A program made the translations under genes and the position numbers. The notes beneath the pieces were generated by a model that was not told the origin of the DNA, made no database searches, and was given only the letters and a program-made list of their open reading frames with translations. Shown piece after piece: positions 28,626 through 37,684 of a stretch of 64,000 nt of DNA. Within the stretch, counting starts at the first letter, position 1. Each line of letters opens with the position of its first letter. The DNA is from Methanothrix sp. (GTDB lineage: Archaea > Halobacteriota > Methanosarcinia > Methanotrichales > Methanotrichaceae), in contig JAXGJB010000006.1 of assembly GCA_040770465.1 (NCBI GenBank), positions 1-64,000 of the forward strand. Direction: 5' to 3'.

Positions 28626-29150
28626 GTGGGAGTTGGTTTTATTCCGTGCATAATCAAAAATAAGATTGCGGCCCTGGCTGCTGGGATCTTCCTTGCGGCC
28701 AGCCTTATCTCTGTCGTCTCGGCATACTCCGTCGGGTCTGGACCCGACGACTGGTGGACCTCCGACGTGAGCCATCCCGACTGGGTTTTAGATGCCCTGG
28801 AGGAAAAGCCCGTCCTGGTCTACGCCCATCTGGGATGCGACTACTGCAAACCTCAGACTGATGCTGTGAACGAGATCGTCGACGAATATGGCGATGAAAT
28901 CGAGTTTTTTGACCTGCCCGCCGACGGGAGCGACGAGAGGAGCGAGGAGGCCCTCGTAGCTTATGATACCAATGGAGGCGCATCCCTGGTCCCCCTGACG
29001 GTCATCCTCACCCTGGCGGCAGGAGAGGATGGCGAGGTTGAGGTTGCCTGGCACAGCACAGAAGAGGTAACAGGCAAGGAATGGATCCAGGAGTACGTTG
29101 AAGACGCTATCGATTACCACGAAGAGAACGTCGAGAACTGGGACGAGTGA
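28626..29150 (+). CDS. Secreted thioredoxin-like protein, copy 2
   Basis: Signal peptide, CDYC active site, VPLTVIL; paralog of 25062-25619 (YSVGxGPDDWWT). Confidence 0.85.
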   Translation: MGVGFIPCIIKNKIAALAAGIFLAASLISVVSAYSVGSGPDDWWTSDVSHPDWVLDALEEKPVLVYAHLGCDYCKPQTDAVNEIVDEYGDEIEFFDLPADGSDERSEEALVAYDTNGGASLVPLTVILTLAAGEDGEVEVAWHSTEEVTGKEWIQEYVEDAIDYHEENVENWDE

Positions 29151-29156
29151 TCGGAG

Positions 29157-30560
29157 ATGAGATCCGATCACAAACATTTTTTCATTGTGGGTATCGTAAC
29201 GCTTCTTATCGCCCTGGTCGCTTTATTCTCATATAGTTCGACTTTGGGATCGAATCAGGAACCGATCCCGGCGCCGGACTTCACGGCCGCTGACCAAATC
29301 GGCGAAAACTTCTCCCTCAGCGATTACAGGGGCGAGGTGGTCGTACTTCACATTACGAACATAGAGAGCCCGATCTGCGTCGAGTGCGAGAGGACTCTCA
29401 AGGCCCAGACGGGCGAGCTTCAACGGCTGGTGGAGAATAAGCCAGACGTCAATCTGATTACTCTGAACGTCCGGAAGAACCCCTTCTCAAATGACGGCAA
29501 GAGCCTTGCCGAGAGCTGGTGGAACGCCAACGTAAGCTGGATCTGGGCCGAAGACTTTGAGCCCTACAATATCGCCGGCAAGTACGTCGACTACACAAAC
29601 TATGAAGGAGGCTTCTCAAACCCCACCATCCTCTTGATCGACAGAGATGGGATGGTGGCGGGGGTCTACCACGTCTATCAGCTTGGAAGAGGTGAGATAG
29701 ACGGGATTCAGGATGCAGAGACCCTTCAAGCAAAAGTCGAGGCTCTGGAGAGGGGCGAATGGGCCGGGATGGAGGGGAGCGTTTCCATCCAGAAGATCAC
29801 GTTTCTTGGCATGTTCGCCCTCGGGATCATCACCTCGTTCTCGCCCTGCTCTCTTGCCCTCCTCATAGCCATGTTCTCCTACATCATGACATCTCGAAGA
29901 AAGAAGGTTCTCACTGACGATCAGGATCGCGGCTCCTCGTCCAAAGAGGGGCTACTTATCGGGATCGCCTTCACCCTCGGGATGGCAATGGTCTTCTTCG
30001 TCGTGGGGCTCTTCATATCGAACGTGGGGATCTTCGTCCGGGACTCGCGATTCTTCGACTTCGCGGCCGGGGTCATCCTGGTGGTTCTGGGGATCAACGT
30101 CTTCAAGCCCATCGGCGAGATCATCGAGCCGGTCAGGTCCAGACTTCCTTCAAGAGAAGAAGACGAAGAAGAGTTCAGGGAGAAGAAGGGGTTCATGGAG
30201 AGGGCTGTGAACTTATCCATCGGCCTCTTCAAGCATTCGACCTTCATCGGGGCCTTCACCCTCGGGGTCTTCTTCGCCCTGGGCTGGGCTCCATGTGCCG
30301 TCTCCCTGGTATTTCCCGCCCTGATCTGGCTCTTGTCTCAGGATATATCTGTCCTGACCGGAGGGCTGATGCTCTTCGTCTTCGGGGTGGGCCACGGTGT
30401 TCCCATAATCCCCATCGCCACCTTCAGCAGATCCTTCGGAGGAAAGATGGGCGAGGAGTACCTGGCCATCGGAAAGCTGGTGGTCAAATTCTTCGGGGTG
30501 ATGATAATAGTCACGGGGCTCGTCTTTGCGTCCCGATACTTCGGCTACAAGCTCTGGTAG
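29157..30560 (+). CDS. Redoxin (TlpA/AhpC-like) fused to CcdA/DsbD-type transmembrane domain
   Basis: APDFTAADQIGENFSLSDYRG and CVEC; TM-domain Cys pair SFSPCS and GWAPCA. Confidence 0.88.
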   Translation: MRSDHKHFFIVGIVTLLIALVALFSYSSTLGSNQEPIPAPDFTAADQIGENFSLSDYRGEVVVLHITNIESPICVECERTLKAQTGELQRLVENKPDVNLITLNVRKNPFSNDGKSLAESWWNANVSWIWAEDFEPYNIAGKYVDYTNYEGGFSNPTILLIDRDGMVAGVYHVYQLGRGEIDGIQDAETLQAKVEALERGEWAGMEGSVSIQKITFLGMFALGIITSFSPCSLALLIAMFSYIMTSRRKKVLTDDQDRGSSSKEGLLIGIAFTLGMAMVFFVVGLFISNVGIFVRDSRFFDFAAGVILVVLGINVFKPIGEIIEPVRSRLPSREEDEEEFREKKGFMERAVNLSIGLFKHSTFIGAFTLGVFFALGWAPCAVSLVFPALIWLLSQDISVLTGGLMLFVFGVGHGVPIIPIATFSRSFGGKMGEEYLAIGKLVVKFFGVMIIVTGLVFASRYFGYKLW

Positions 30561-30611
30561 ACGCCAAAAAAAAACAAATAGTGAGGCTAGAAAACCCATA
30601 TAGGTGGTGAG

Positions 30612-31409
30612 ATGCCGGGAAAGCCGGAAGAGATCAAGATGGTGAGCAACGCCATGGCCAACATACCGCGGAGGAAGATGATGGCCTTCCTGGTCGGGAG
30701 CGAGAAGACGGCGGAAGAGATCGGGGAGGCGGTCGGCAAATCGATGCTCGACTACCATCTCAAGATTCTGCAACAGGCGGGGCTCATCGAGATGGCTGAT
30801 GGGAGAGTGCGGCTCAGCGAGTTCGGCAAGAACTTCATGGAGGGAAAGTCGGAGAAGGCGCCAGAGAAGGCAGCCGACCTCTCCGATGCAAAGCCGGTGG
30901 AGATCACAGAGGTGAGGCAGCTTTTGCCCTGCATAGCCGACTCGACGAAGTTTCGGATCATTGCCAAGATGGCTCCCCCCCTGGGTGGAGCCCTCAAGGC
31001 TCTGGAGCCCTTATTTCCAAGAGGGAGGTACTCCGAGAGGATCGGAGCTCTCATAATCCAGAGGGGAGACGTCCTGATCACCATCTATGGGACGGGAAAC
31101 GTCACCATGACGATGATCAAAGACGAGGCCGAGGCGAAGAAGACGCTAAGCGACCTGAAGGAGACGATCAACGAGGCGATAGCCAAGGGCGTCGCTCCGG
31201 CGCCTCGCGAGAAGATCAGGGTCGAGCCGATGGAGATATACAAATACCTCCCCCAAACGAACTGCGGCGAGTGCGGCGAGCAGAGCTGCTACTCCTTCGC
31301 CATCAGGCTGATGGGCGGGGAGGTCTCCATCGACCTATGCACGCCCCTCAAGGACCCGAAGTACAGACAGAACCTTGAGCACCTTCAGGTCTTGACCGAG
31401 TACATCTGA
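30612..31409 (+). CDS. ArsR-type HTH fused to a putative Fe-S-binding domain
   Basis: N-terminal wHTH (LDYHLKILQQAGLI); C-terminal LPQTNCGECGEQSC...C motif. Confidence 0.8.
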   Translation: MPGKPEEIKMVSNAMANIPRRKMMAFLVGSEKTAEEIGEAVGKSMLDYHLKILQQAGLIEMADGRVRLSEFGKNFMEGKSEKAPEKAADLSDAKPVEITEVRQLLPCIADSTKFRIIAKMAPPLGGALKALEPLFPRGRYSERIGALIIQRGDVLITIYGTGNVTMTMIKDEAEAKKTLSDLKETINEAIAKGVAPAPREKIRVEPMEIYKYLPQTNCGECGEQSCYSFAIRLMGGEVSIDLCTPLKDPKYRQNLEHLQVLTEYI

Positions 31410-31422
31410 GCCGGAGGATCCT

Positions 31423-31791
31423 TTGAAGACCCTGACCATCATCCTCGCCGACGGTCCCTACATCTCCGAGTACGCCCATATAGCGTTCAAGATAGCCGAT
31501 GCCGCCCTAAAAAGGTATCATGTGAACATATTCCTCTACCTGGACGCCGCCCACATCCCCCGCCGAGGACAGAACCCGGCATTCTTCGCCGACGAGGGCG
31601 AGCTCTTCAAAGACCTCGCCGAGAGGGGGGCGGTGATAAGGGCCTGCTCCCGGTGCGCCGCCGCCAGGGGCTACATTGGGGAGGAAGACGGCTCCTCACA
31701 GGATTATCCCGATGGGATAAAGATCACCAGCCTCTACGACCTCCCGGAGATGATCTCAGGAAGCGACAGGGTGATAGCTCTATGCCGATGA
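31423..31791 (+). CDS. DsrE/TusD family sulfur relay protein
   Basis: DGPY, IFLYLDA, conserved ACSRCAAARG. Confidence 0.85.
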   Translation: MKTLTIILADGPYISEYAHIAFKIADAALKRYHVNIFLYLDAAHIPRRGQNPAFFADEGELFKDLAERGAVIRACSRCAAARGYIGEEDGSSQDYPDGIKITSLYDLPEMISGSDRVIALCR

Positions 31792-32132
31792 GGTCGGTCT
31801 TCTACCTCCTCGACTCCCCCCCTTACGGGAGCGAGAAGGCCTTCGGCCTCCTGAACGCTGCCGCTGTCAGCCTAGGAAATATGGGGGTGACGGTGGGGCT
31901 CTACGGGGACGGGGCGTATCTGGCCCTGGGAGATCAGGACTCAAAGGGGCTCGGGGTCCCAAACCTCGCCGAGATCCTCCGCGCCTACCGCGAGATGAGG
32001 GTCATCGCCCACGAGCCCTCCTTGTTGAATAGAGGGATATTTTTCGAGGGGCTGGTCGAGACGGTGGAGCTTGTCGACGAGGAGGTTTTTCTGGAAGCGA
32101 TGGAGGGTTCAGACTGTTTGATCCTGATTTGA
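31788..32132 (+). CDS. DsrF/TusC-like sulfur relay protein
   Basis: SPPYGSEKAFGLL, LYGDGAY; ATGA coupling with the dsrE-like gene. Confidence 0.8.
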   Translation: MRSVFYLLDSPPYGSEKAFGLLNAAAVSLGNMGVTVGLYGDGAYLALGDQDSKGLGVPNLAEILRAYREMRVIAHEPSLLNRGIFFEGLVETVELVDEEVFLEAMEGSDCLILI

Positions 32133-32161
32133 AAAGGTGAATTGGGATAAGAGGGTCGAGA

Positions 32162-32452
32162 TTGATTGACGTATTTCTCATGACAAAACCGCCTAAAAGC
32201 GAACGGTCCGAGCTCTGCCTGAAGCTCCTGGCCCGGTCGGAGAAGTCGAGGCTCTATCTCGTCGGGGACGGAGTCTATCACCTGCTGAGTCAGGCCGTCG
32301 AAATTCCGCCGTCCTGTGAGGTCCTCGCCTGCAAGGAGGACGTGGCCGCTCGGGGGGTCGTGCCGAAGAGGAGAGCAGAGGTTCGAGAGAACTTTTACGA
32401 GAGGCTCGTCGAGGATGTGATGGAAGGGGACGGTCAGTTCTTCACCTTCTGA
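32162..32452 (+). CDS. DsrH/TusB-like sulfur relay protein
   Basis: LVGDGVY, ACKEDVAARG; third gene of an E-F-H arrangement. Confidence 0.8.
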   Translation: MIDVFLMTKPPKSERSELCLKLLARSEKSRLYLVGDGVYHLLSQAVEIPPSCEVLACKEDVAARGVVPKRRAEVRENFYERLVEDVMEGDGQFFTF

Positions 32453-32479
32453 GATACCTTCCATGGAGATGGTAATTTT

Positions 32480-32725
32480 ATGATCGTGGTGACCATAGAA
32501 CGGGAAGGCTGCATCAGCTGCGGCCAGTGCTGGGGAAGCTGCCCCGAGTTCTTCATCGAGGATCCCGAGGACGGAATGAGCTCGATAAGAGAAGTGTACA
32601 GGATCGCGGGAAAGGTGGACGAAGGGTCGGCCCCTGATCAATTCGAGGCTTGCCTCAAAGAGGCCGAAGAGGCCTGCCCTGCTGAGGTGATCCGGGTGAG
32701 CCCGGTCCAGCCGAGCTTTGATTGA
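32480..32725 (+). CDS. Single-cluster ferredoxin
   Basis: CISCGQCWGSCP ... ACPAEVI. Confidence 0.88.
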   Translation: MIVVTIEREGCISCGQCWGSCPEFFIEDPEDGMSSIREVYRIAGKVDEGSAPDQFEACLKEAEEACPAEVIRVSPVQPSFD

Positions 32726-32849
32726 CGAGGTAGTACATACGAGATGAACAATGGGTGGATCATCGAGAGGTTCGGATGAAGAAGAACTGAGAGATCAGCT
32801 ATCGGTGACTATTGAGAAATTTGAATGTATTCTCGTCTGAGGTGAGAAT

Positions 32850-33680
32850 TTGAAAGATCAGGATGTCAAAAGAGTCGTGAAGGAGAGGTATGGCCGCGTT
32901 GCAAGAGAGGTCGGATCGTGCTGCTGCTCGTCTACCTGCTGCGGGACCGCAAAGCCCCAGGAGATCGGGAAGAAGATCGGATACTCCGAGGAGGAGCTGG
33001 CAACCGCCCCTGCGGGATCAAACCTGGGGCTCGGCTGCGGAAACCCCACCGCCCTCGCATCGATCCGGGAGAGAGAGACGGTCCTGGACCTGGGATCTGG
33101 AGCAGGATTTGACTGCTTCTTAGCCTCCGAGAAGGTCGGCCCGAAGGGAAAGGTGATAGGCGTCGACATGACCGGAGAGATGGTGGACCGGGCCAGGGCC
33201 AACGCCGCCGCCGGCGGGTACAAGAATGTGGAGTTCAGGCTCGGCGAGATCGAGACCCTCCCGGTAGAGGACGAATCCATCGATCTGGTGATATCAAACT
33301 GCGTCATCAACCTCGTCCCCGACAAGAGGGCAGCCTTCAGAGAGGCCTATCGGGTTCTCAGGCCCGGCGGGAGGCTCGTCGTCTCAGATATCGTTCTGCT
33401 GGGTGAACTGCCGGATCTCGTCAAAGATTCGGTTGAGGCCTATGTCGGCTGCGTCTCCGGCGCCGTCTTTAAAGATGAATATCTGGATGCGATATGGTCT
33501 GCGGGGTTCATGGATGTGAGGGTGATTGATGAATCGGCCTTCTCCCTGGACTGCGTGACCAGCGACCCGACTGGCCGGGCTCTCCTGGACAGTCAGAAAG
33601 CCGAGGGGGAAGGGATGGGAGAAGTCGAGAGAGCGATCGTCAGCATAAAAGTCATCGCGTCCAAACCCGGTGAAGCGTAA
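32850..33680 (+). CDS. arsM: Arsenite S-adenosylmethionine methyltransferase
   Basis: CCCSSTCC N-terminus, LGLGCGNP, VLDLGSGAGFDC, ISNCVINL, YVGCVSGA. Confidence 0.93.
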   Translation: MKDQDVKRVVKERYGRVAREVGSCCCSSTCCGTAKPQEIGKKIGYSEEELATAPAGSNLGLGCGNPTALASIRERETVLDLGSGAGFDCFLASEKVGPKGKVIGVDMTGEMVDRARANAAAGGYKNVEFRLGEIETLPVEDESIDLVISNCVINLVPDKRAAFREAYRVLRPGGRLVVSDIVLLGELPDLVKDSVEAYVGCVSGAVFKDEYLDAIWSAGFMDVRVIDESAFSLDCVTSDPTGRALLDSQKAEGEGMGEVERAIVSIKVIASKPGEA

Positions 33681-33749
33681 GAAGAGGGGGAAGAATAAGA
33701 ATCAAGGGGGGCAGGACCAGAAGAAGTCCTTACCCGGATGTAATGAGTC

Positions 33750-34151
33750 CTAAGGCTGAACCCTCAACCCCTCTTTGATCTTCTTCACCACTTTCGCACA
33801 GTCGGAAGCGTCGACATCGAGGCTCGGAGACTTCTCTATCCCGAGGTCGGTCACCACCACCGATAAGGCTGATTCCAAGCCTGCGTGATCCAGGATCTTC
33901 TTCGCACATTGGACTGGACAGCCATCTATCGTCACCAGATTCCTCTCCTTGGCCGGCAAGATCATGGTCTCCAGGTGAGCGCCGATCCCTGCGAGGCAGA
34001 AGAGCCGGCCTCTCCCCTCCCTCGCGAGCTCCACCGCCGCCTGGTTGGATATCTGGCCTACGTTCGAGCCGCCGGCGCAGGCCAATAATAGCAGGTCGCC
34101 GGAAGCACAGAGACATTCCTCTTCCTTCCGCTCATTCTCTTCTTCGAGCAA
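33750..34151 (-). CDS. DGC-domain putative zinc-binding protein
   Basis: ACAGGSNVGQ, FCLAG, IDGCPVQCAKK. Confidence 0.85.
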   Translation of the reverse strand: MLEEENERKEEECLCASGDLLLLACAGGSNVGQISNQAAVELAREGRGRLFCLAGIGAHLETMILPAKERNLVTIDGCPVQCAKKILDHAGLESALSVVVTDLGIEKSPSLDVDASDCAKVVKKIKEGLRVQP

Positions 34152-34157
34152 TATTTT

Positions 34158-34394
34158 TCACCTCTTCAGCATCCCCTTTATCTCCGCCACCGATGGCGCC
34201 CTTCCCACGGCCACCGCCTCACCGTCGATGAAGAGGGCAGGGGTCATCATCACTCCGCGGTTCATTATCTCCTGAAGGCTCTCCACCTTCACGATCTCCG
34301 CCTCGACCCCGGCCTCGGCCACCGCCTTTTCGACGTTTTTTGCAAGAGACTTGCACTTGGAACACCCGGTACCCAAAACTTCTATCTTCATCAT
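34158..34394 (-). CDS. Small redox-active disulfide protein (MTH895/ArsE-like thioredoxin)
   Basis: KIEVLGTGCSKC ... GVMMTPALFIDG. Confidence 0.9.
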   Translation of the reverse strand: MMKIEVLGTGCSKCKSLAKNVEKAVAEAGVEAEIVKVESLQEIMNRGVMMTPALFIDGEAVAVGRAPSVAEIKGMLKR

Positions 34395-34436
34395 AGCCTT
34401 TCACATCCTCAAATCAGGTTTTGACTTACGAAATAA

Positions 34437-35513
34437 CTACGTTATCGCCCCGTAGATCATGCCCATCGCCGTCGATAGGAGGACGACGAGGGTGATGTAG
34501 ACGCTCGCCCTCTTCGATCCGATTATCCGCCAGATGACGATCATGTTCGGAAGGCTCATGGAGGGGCCCGCGAGGAGGAGGGCCAGCGCTGGTCCAGAGG
34601 CCATCGCCCCCGACGAGTAGCCGAACAAGGTGCCGACTATCGGAACCTCCAGGAGGGTCGGCATGTACAGGAGGGACCCTATCACCGAGGCGACGAGACA
34701 GGCGACGAAGTCGCTCTCGCCGAAGACCGTCTTGATCAGGTCCACGGGCAGATAGTAGCCTATGATGCCTGTTATGAAGGTCCCCACGAGAAGAAGGGGA
34801 AAGATCCGCTTGGCGAGCCACCAGGTCTCTCCGAAGAAGGATGACCTCTCCGTCTCGGAGAAGTATGCTCCCAGAAGCAAAGCCGATGCCAGGACCAGGA
34901 TCGCGACCAGGGCGGCCTTCGGCACGAGGGCGAGGCCCGAGGTGGCGGCGAGGAGGACGGCGACCAAGACCCCGACGAAGAGGGGCGGGACGTATCCGGG
35001 CCTCTTATCTTCGTCTCCGGCTTTCGAGGGTGGGATCTCGCAGGCAGCCGTCTCATCCGCCTCTTTTGGTCCCCGCTCGAAGATGGCGGCCATGACGAGA
35101 CCGATGATCACCGACATCGAGACGGCTGCGACGACCCGAGCGGCGCCCAGCTCCAACCCCAGAACCCGGGCCGTCAGGACCACGGCCAGGAGGTTTATGG
35201 CGGGACCTGCAAATAAGAACGCAGTGGCGGGACCGATCCCGGCGCCTCGCCGATGAATCCCCGCAAACATCGGGAGGATCGTACAGCTGCAGACGGCAAG
35301 GATGGTGCCAGAGGTGGAGGCGACGCTGTAGCATAACCATTTCGGTGCGTCTTTTCCGAAGTACTTTAAGACCGCCTCCCTCTGGAGAAGGGCGGCTATC
35401 GCCCCTGCTATGAAGAAGGCCGGTATGAGGCAGGTGAGGACGTGGGCCGAGAGGTACTCCATCAGAGCCTCAAAGCCAGCCTCCAACGGTGGCGAGAATA
35501 TTTCCGGATTCAA
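34437..35513 (-). CDS. ArsP/DUF318 family permease
   Basis: HVLTCLIPAFFIAGAI, AVCSCTILP, FLFAGPAIN, YMPTLLEVP, LLAGPSMSLP. Confidence 0.88.
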   Translation of the reverse strand: MNPEIFSPPLEAGFEALMEYLSAHVLTCLIPAFFIAGAIAALLQREAVLKYFGKDAPKWLCYSVASTSGTILAVCSCTILPMFAGIHRRGAGIGPATAFLFAGPAINLLAVVLTARVLGLELGAARVVAAVSMSVIIGLVMAAIFERGPKEADETAACEIPPSKAGDEDKRPGYVPPLFVGVLVAVLLAATSGLALVPKAALVAILVLASALLLGAYFSETERSSFFGETWWLAKRIFPLLLVGTFITGIIGYYLPVDLIKTVFGESDFVACLVASVIGSLLYMPTLLEVPIVGTLFGYSSGAMASGPALALLLAGPSMSLPNMIVIWRIIGSKRASVYITLVVLLSTAMGMIYGAIT

Positions 35514-35585
35514 AGCATCACAACCTGGGACCTTTGGCAGATGTAAACGCCAACGACATCAGACAACTCCTGCAATTCTTCAAAC

Positions 35586-35918
35586 TCATCCGACAGAGCC
35601 CTTCAAGATCTCTTCGGCCTTCTTCAGCTCAGATATCTCCTCCAAAGCGAGAGCGTCCACCTCTCGCAGAAGGTCGAATATCCTTGGGTTCTTCACCTGG
35701 TAGAGGGTCCGCTTGCCGTCTATCCTTCTCTCCAATATCCCCGCCTCGTTGAGGATGGCCAGGTGCTTTGATATGGTGGACTGAGCCCTGCCGAAGGCGG
35801 GAACGATCTCGCAGACGCACCTCTCCTCTCGTCCGAGAAACTCTATTATCTCAAGCCTTGTGGGGTCGGAGAGGGCGCCGAGGATCTTGGCGCGCCAATT
35901 GGTGGCCGATCTTCTCAT
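35586..35918 (-). CDS. arsR: ArsR/SmtB family transcriptional regulator
   Basis: ALSDPTRL, ERCVCEI, QSTISKHL. Confidence 0.9.
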   Translation of the reverse strand: MRRSATNWRAKILGALSDPTRLEIIEFLGREERCVCEIVPAFGRAQSTISKHLAILNEAGILERRIDGKRTLYQVKNPRIFDLLREVDALALEEISELKKAEEILKGSVG

Positions 35919-35945
35919 CGTATCGGAGACTCAAAGCAACTGATT

Positions 35946-35974
35946 CTTATATATACATATCGCCATGAAGCGAT
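35946..35974 (-). promoter_or_regulatory. TATA box and palindromic operator upstream of arsR-arsP operon
   Basis: ATCGC-N6-GCGAT at 35959-35974 next to TATATATAAG (minus strand). Confidence 0.5.
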
Positions 35975-36027
35975 TTAGCCTCAGCCAGGTTTTGAACTTG
36001 CCACAAGTCAACTTCCGCCGGAGCCCT

Positions 36028-36183
36028 TCACCTCACCCTCTTGATATTCCTCGACCGGCAGGATTGGCAGGCGACGACGACTCCTGAGGCCTTGAAATCG
36101 ATCCCGCAGTTGAGGCACTTGAACTGTTTCTCGTAGAGAGACCCCTCGGCGGGGTCTATCGAGCAGCCGCATATGTTGCACAT
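36028..36183 (-). CDS. 51-aa Cys-rich zinc-ribbon microprotein
   Basis: Manual translation MCNICGCSIDPAEGSLYEKQFKCLNCGIDFKASGVVVACQSCRSRNIKRVR*; three CxxC; not in ORF track. Confidence 0.7.
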   Translation of the reverse strand: MCNICGCSIDPAEGSLYEKQFKCLNCGIDFKASGVVVACQSCRSRNIKRVR

Positions 36184-36204
36184 GGAGCAAAAACCCCCGT
36201 TACG

Positions 36205-36486
36205 TCATCGGATATCCAAAAGTTCCTCGATATATCCGAGGGCGATCTTCCCAGCTATCTCCAGGGACTTCAGGGGGTTCCACCCCTTGACACCGCCGTA
36301 GGCGGTGGGGTGGCCCTCCTCGTATGTGATCCCCGAATCTCCGTACACGTCGTCCGCCACGCTCCCCGCGAAGATGGCGACGAGGAGCGTCGATATCCCC
36401 AACATGGCAAGCTTGCCCGCCCTTCCAAGGACCGCCATAACTGTCTTTATCGTTATGGCCGTCCTGGAGATATCCCTTACCCTCAA
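36205..36486 (-). CDS. Small hypothetical protein, possibly secreted
   Basis: Hydrophobic stretch followed by an acidic segment; fills the gap between thiI and the microprotein. Confidence 0.4.
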   Translation of the reverse strand: MRVRDISRTAITIKTVMAVLGRAGKLAMLGISTLLVAIFAGSVADDVYGDSGITYEEGHPTAYGGVKGWNPLKSLEIAGKIALGYIEELLDIR

Positions 36487-36519
36487 AAATAGCAGAACTC
36501 AACTCTTCTGGCTCTGAGA

Positions 36520-37665
36520 TCAGATCCTCGTCTTTTCCCTCTCGGCGAACAGGGCTCGCGCCATCGCCTCAAGTTCAAGCTCCTCCTCCATCGCCCTGAT
36601 CTCCCCGGCCTTCGCCCGGGTCATCGGCTTCTTAGGCGCGGCGGCGCAGGTCCCGGCGTCCGCCGTCGCCCGGTACGTCCCGATCTTACGGGCCAAGTCT
36701 GTGATCTCCGACTTGTCCATGGCGATGAGGGGGTGGTAAATGGAAAGGTCGATCCCCGACTGCTCTGCCATGATGTTCGCCGGGGTCTGGGAGGCGACCT
36801 GGCCCAGGGAGTAGCCGGTCACAACGCCGAATGCCTCCTCCTCATCCATCACGAGCTTCGCGATCCTGTACATCAGCCGCCGGCATAGTAGGCAGGTGGC
36901 CCGGGGCTCGGCGGAGGTTATCCTCGAAAGGCCCGCGCCGATCGGCACCTGGATGAAGTTGATCTTCCGCCCGGAGGTCCACCGGCGCAGAACCTCTGCC
37001 GACTTCATCGCCTGGGAGAGGGCGTCGACGTAAGGCCGGGGGTCAAAATAGAGGAGGGATACCGGGCAGCCCCTCCGCATCATCATCCAGGCGGCGACGG
37101 GCGAGTCGATCCCCCCGGAGATTAGGGCGAGCATCCGGGGCTGGGTCCCCAGGGGCAGGCCGCCGACGCCGCGGGCGACCTCGGTGAAGACGAAGACCTT
37201 CTTCTCCCGAGCCTCGACGAAGATCTCAAGCTCGGGGCCCGTCAGGTCCACCTTAGATCCCGTCCTTGCCTTTACGGCTTCGCCTGCAGAGACGGCGATC
37301 TCGGTGCTCGATATCTCGCCTCCGCCCCGGCGGGATCTGATGGCGAAGGAAGAAGGCTGCAGCTCAAATGCGATATCTGAGGCGACCTTTGAGACCGCGT
37401 TCAGGTCGGGCTCGCAGGTCCAGACGGGGCTAGTCGAGACGACCCCAAAAACGTCGGCTATGATTCCGGGGGCCCTGGGGTCGGACGTGAGGACGAAGAT
37501 CCTCCCCCGTTCCAGGGATACCTGGTGATCTATCCCCGCCTCCAACAGGTCGTGCGCGATGTTCGAGGCGAGGGTCCTCTCCCAGCTCTTCCTGGTCCAG
37601 GGGTCCTTGAGGGCGATCTCGCCGTATCTGACCAGGACGGAGTCGAAAGAGGGGATAGAGGCCAT
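36520..37665 (-). CDS. thiI: tRNA 4-thiouridine sulfurtransferase ThiI (no rhodanese domain)
   Basis: VRYGEIALK, THUMP region, PP-loop SGGIDSPVA, CLLC, LGQVASQT. Confidence 0.93.
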   Translation of the reverse strand: MASIPSFDSVLVRYGEIALKDPWTRKSWERTLASNIAHDLLEAGIDHQVSLERGRIFVLTSDPRAPGIIADVFGVVSTSPVWTCEPDLNAVSKVASDIAFELQPSSFAIRSRRGGGEISSTEIAVSAGEAVKARTGSKVDLTGPELEIFVEAREKKVFVFTEVARGVGGLPLGTQPRMLALISGGIDSPVAAWMMMRRGCPVSLLYFDPRPYVDALSQAMKSAEVLRRWTSGRKINFIQVPIGAGLSRITSAEPRATCLLCRRLMYRIAKLVMDEEEAFGVVTGYSLGQVASQTPANIMAEQSGIDLSIYHPLIAMDKSEITDLARKIGTYRATADAGTCAAAPKKPMTRAKAGEIRAMEEELELEAMARALFAEREKTRI

Positions 37666-37684
37666 ATCGGCCTTTACCTAGCCT

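Noticed and set aside
36520-37665. ThiI as part of the arsenic-sulfur system
   Set aside because: It is a housekeeping tRNA thiolation enzyme with its own CxxC+C motif; adjacency alone is insufficient.
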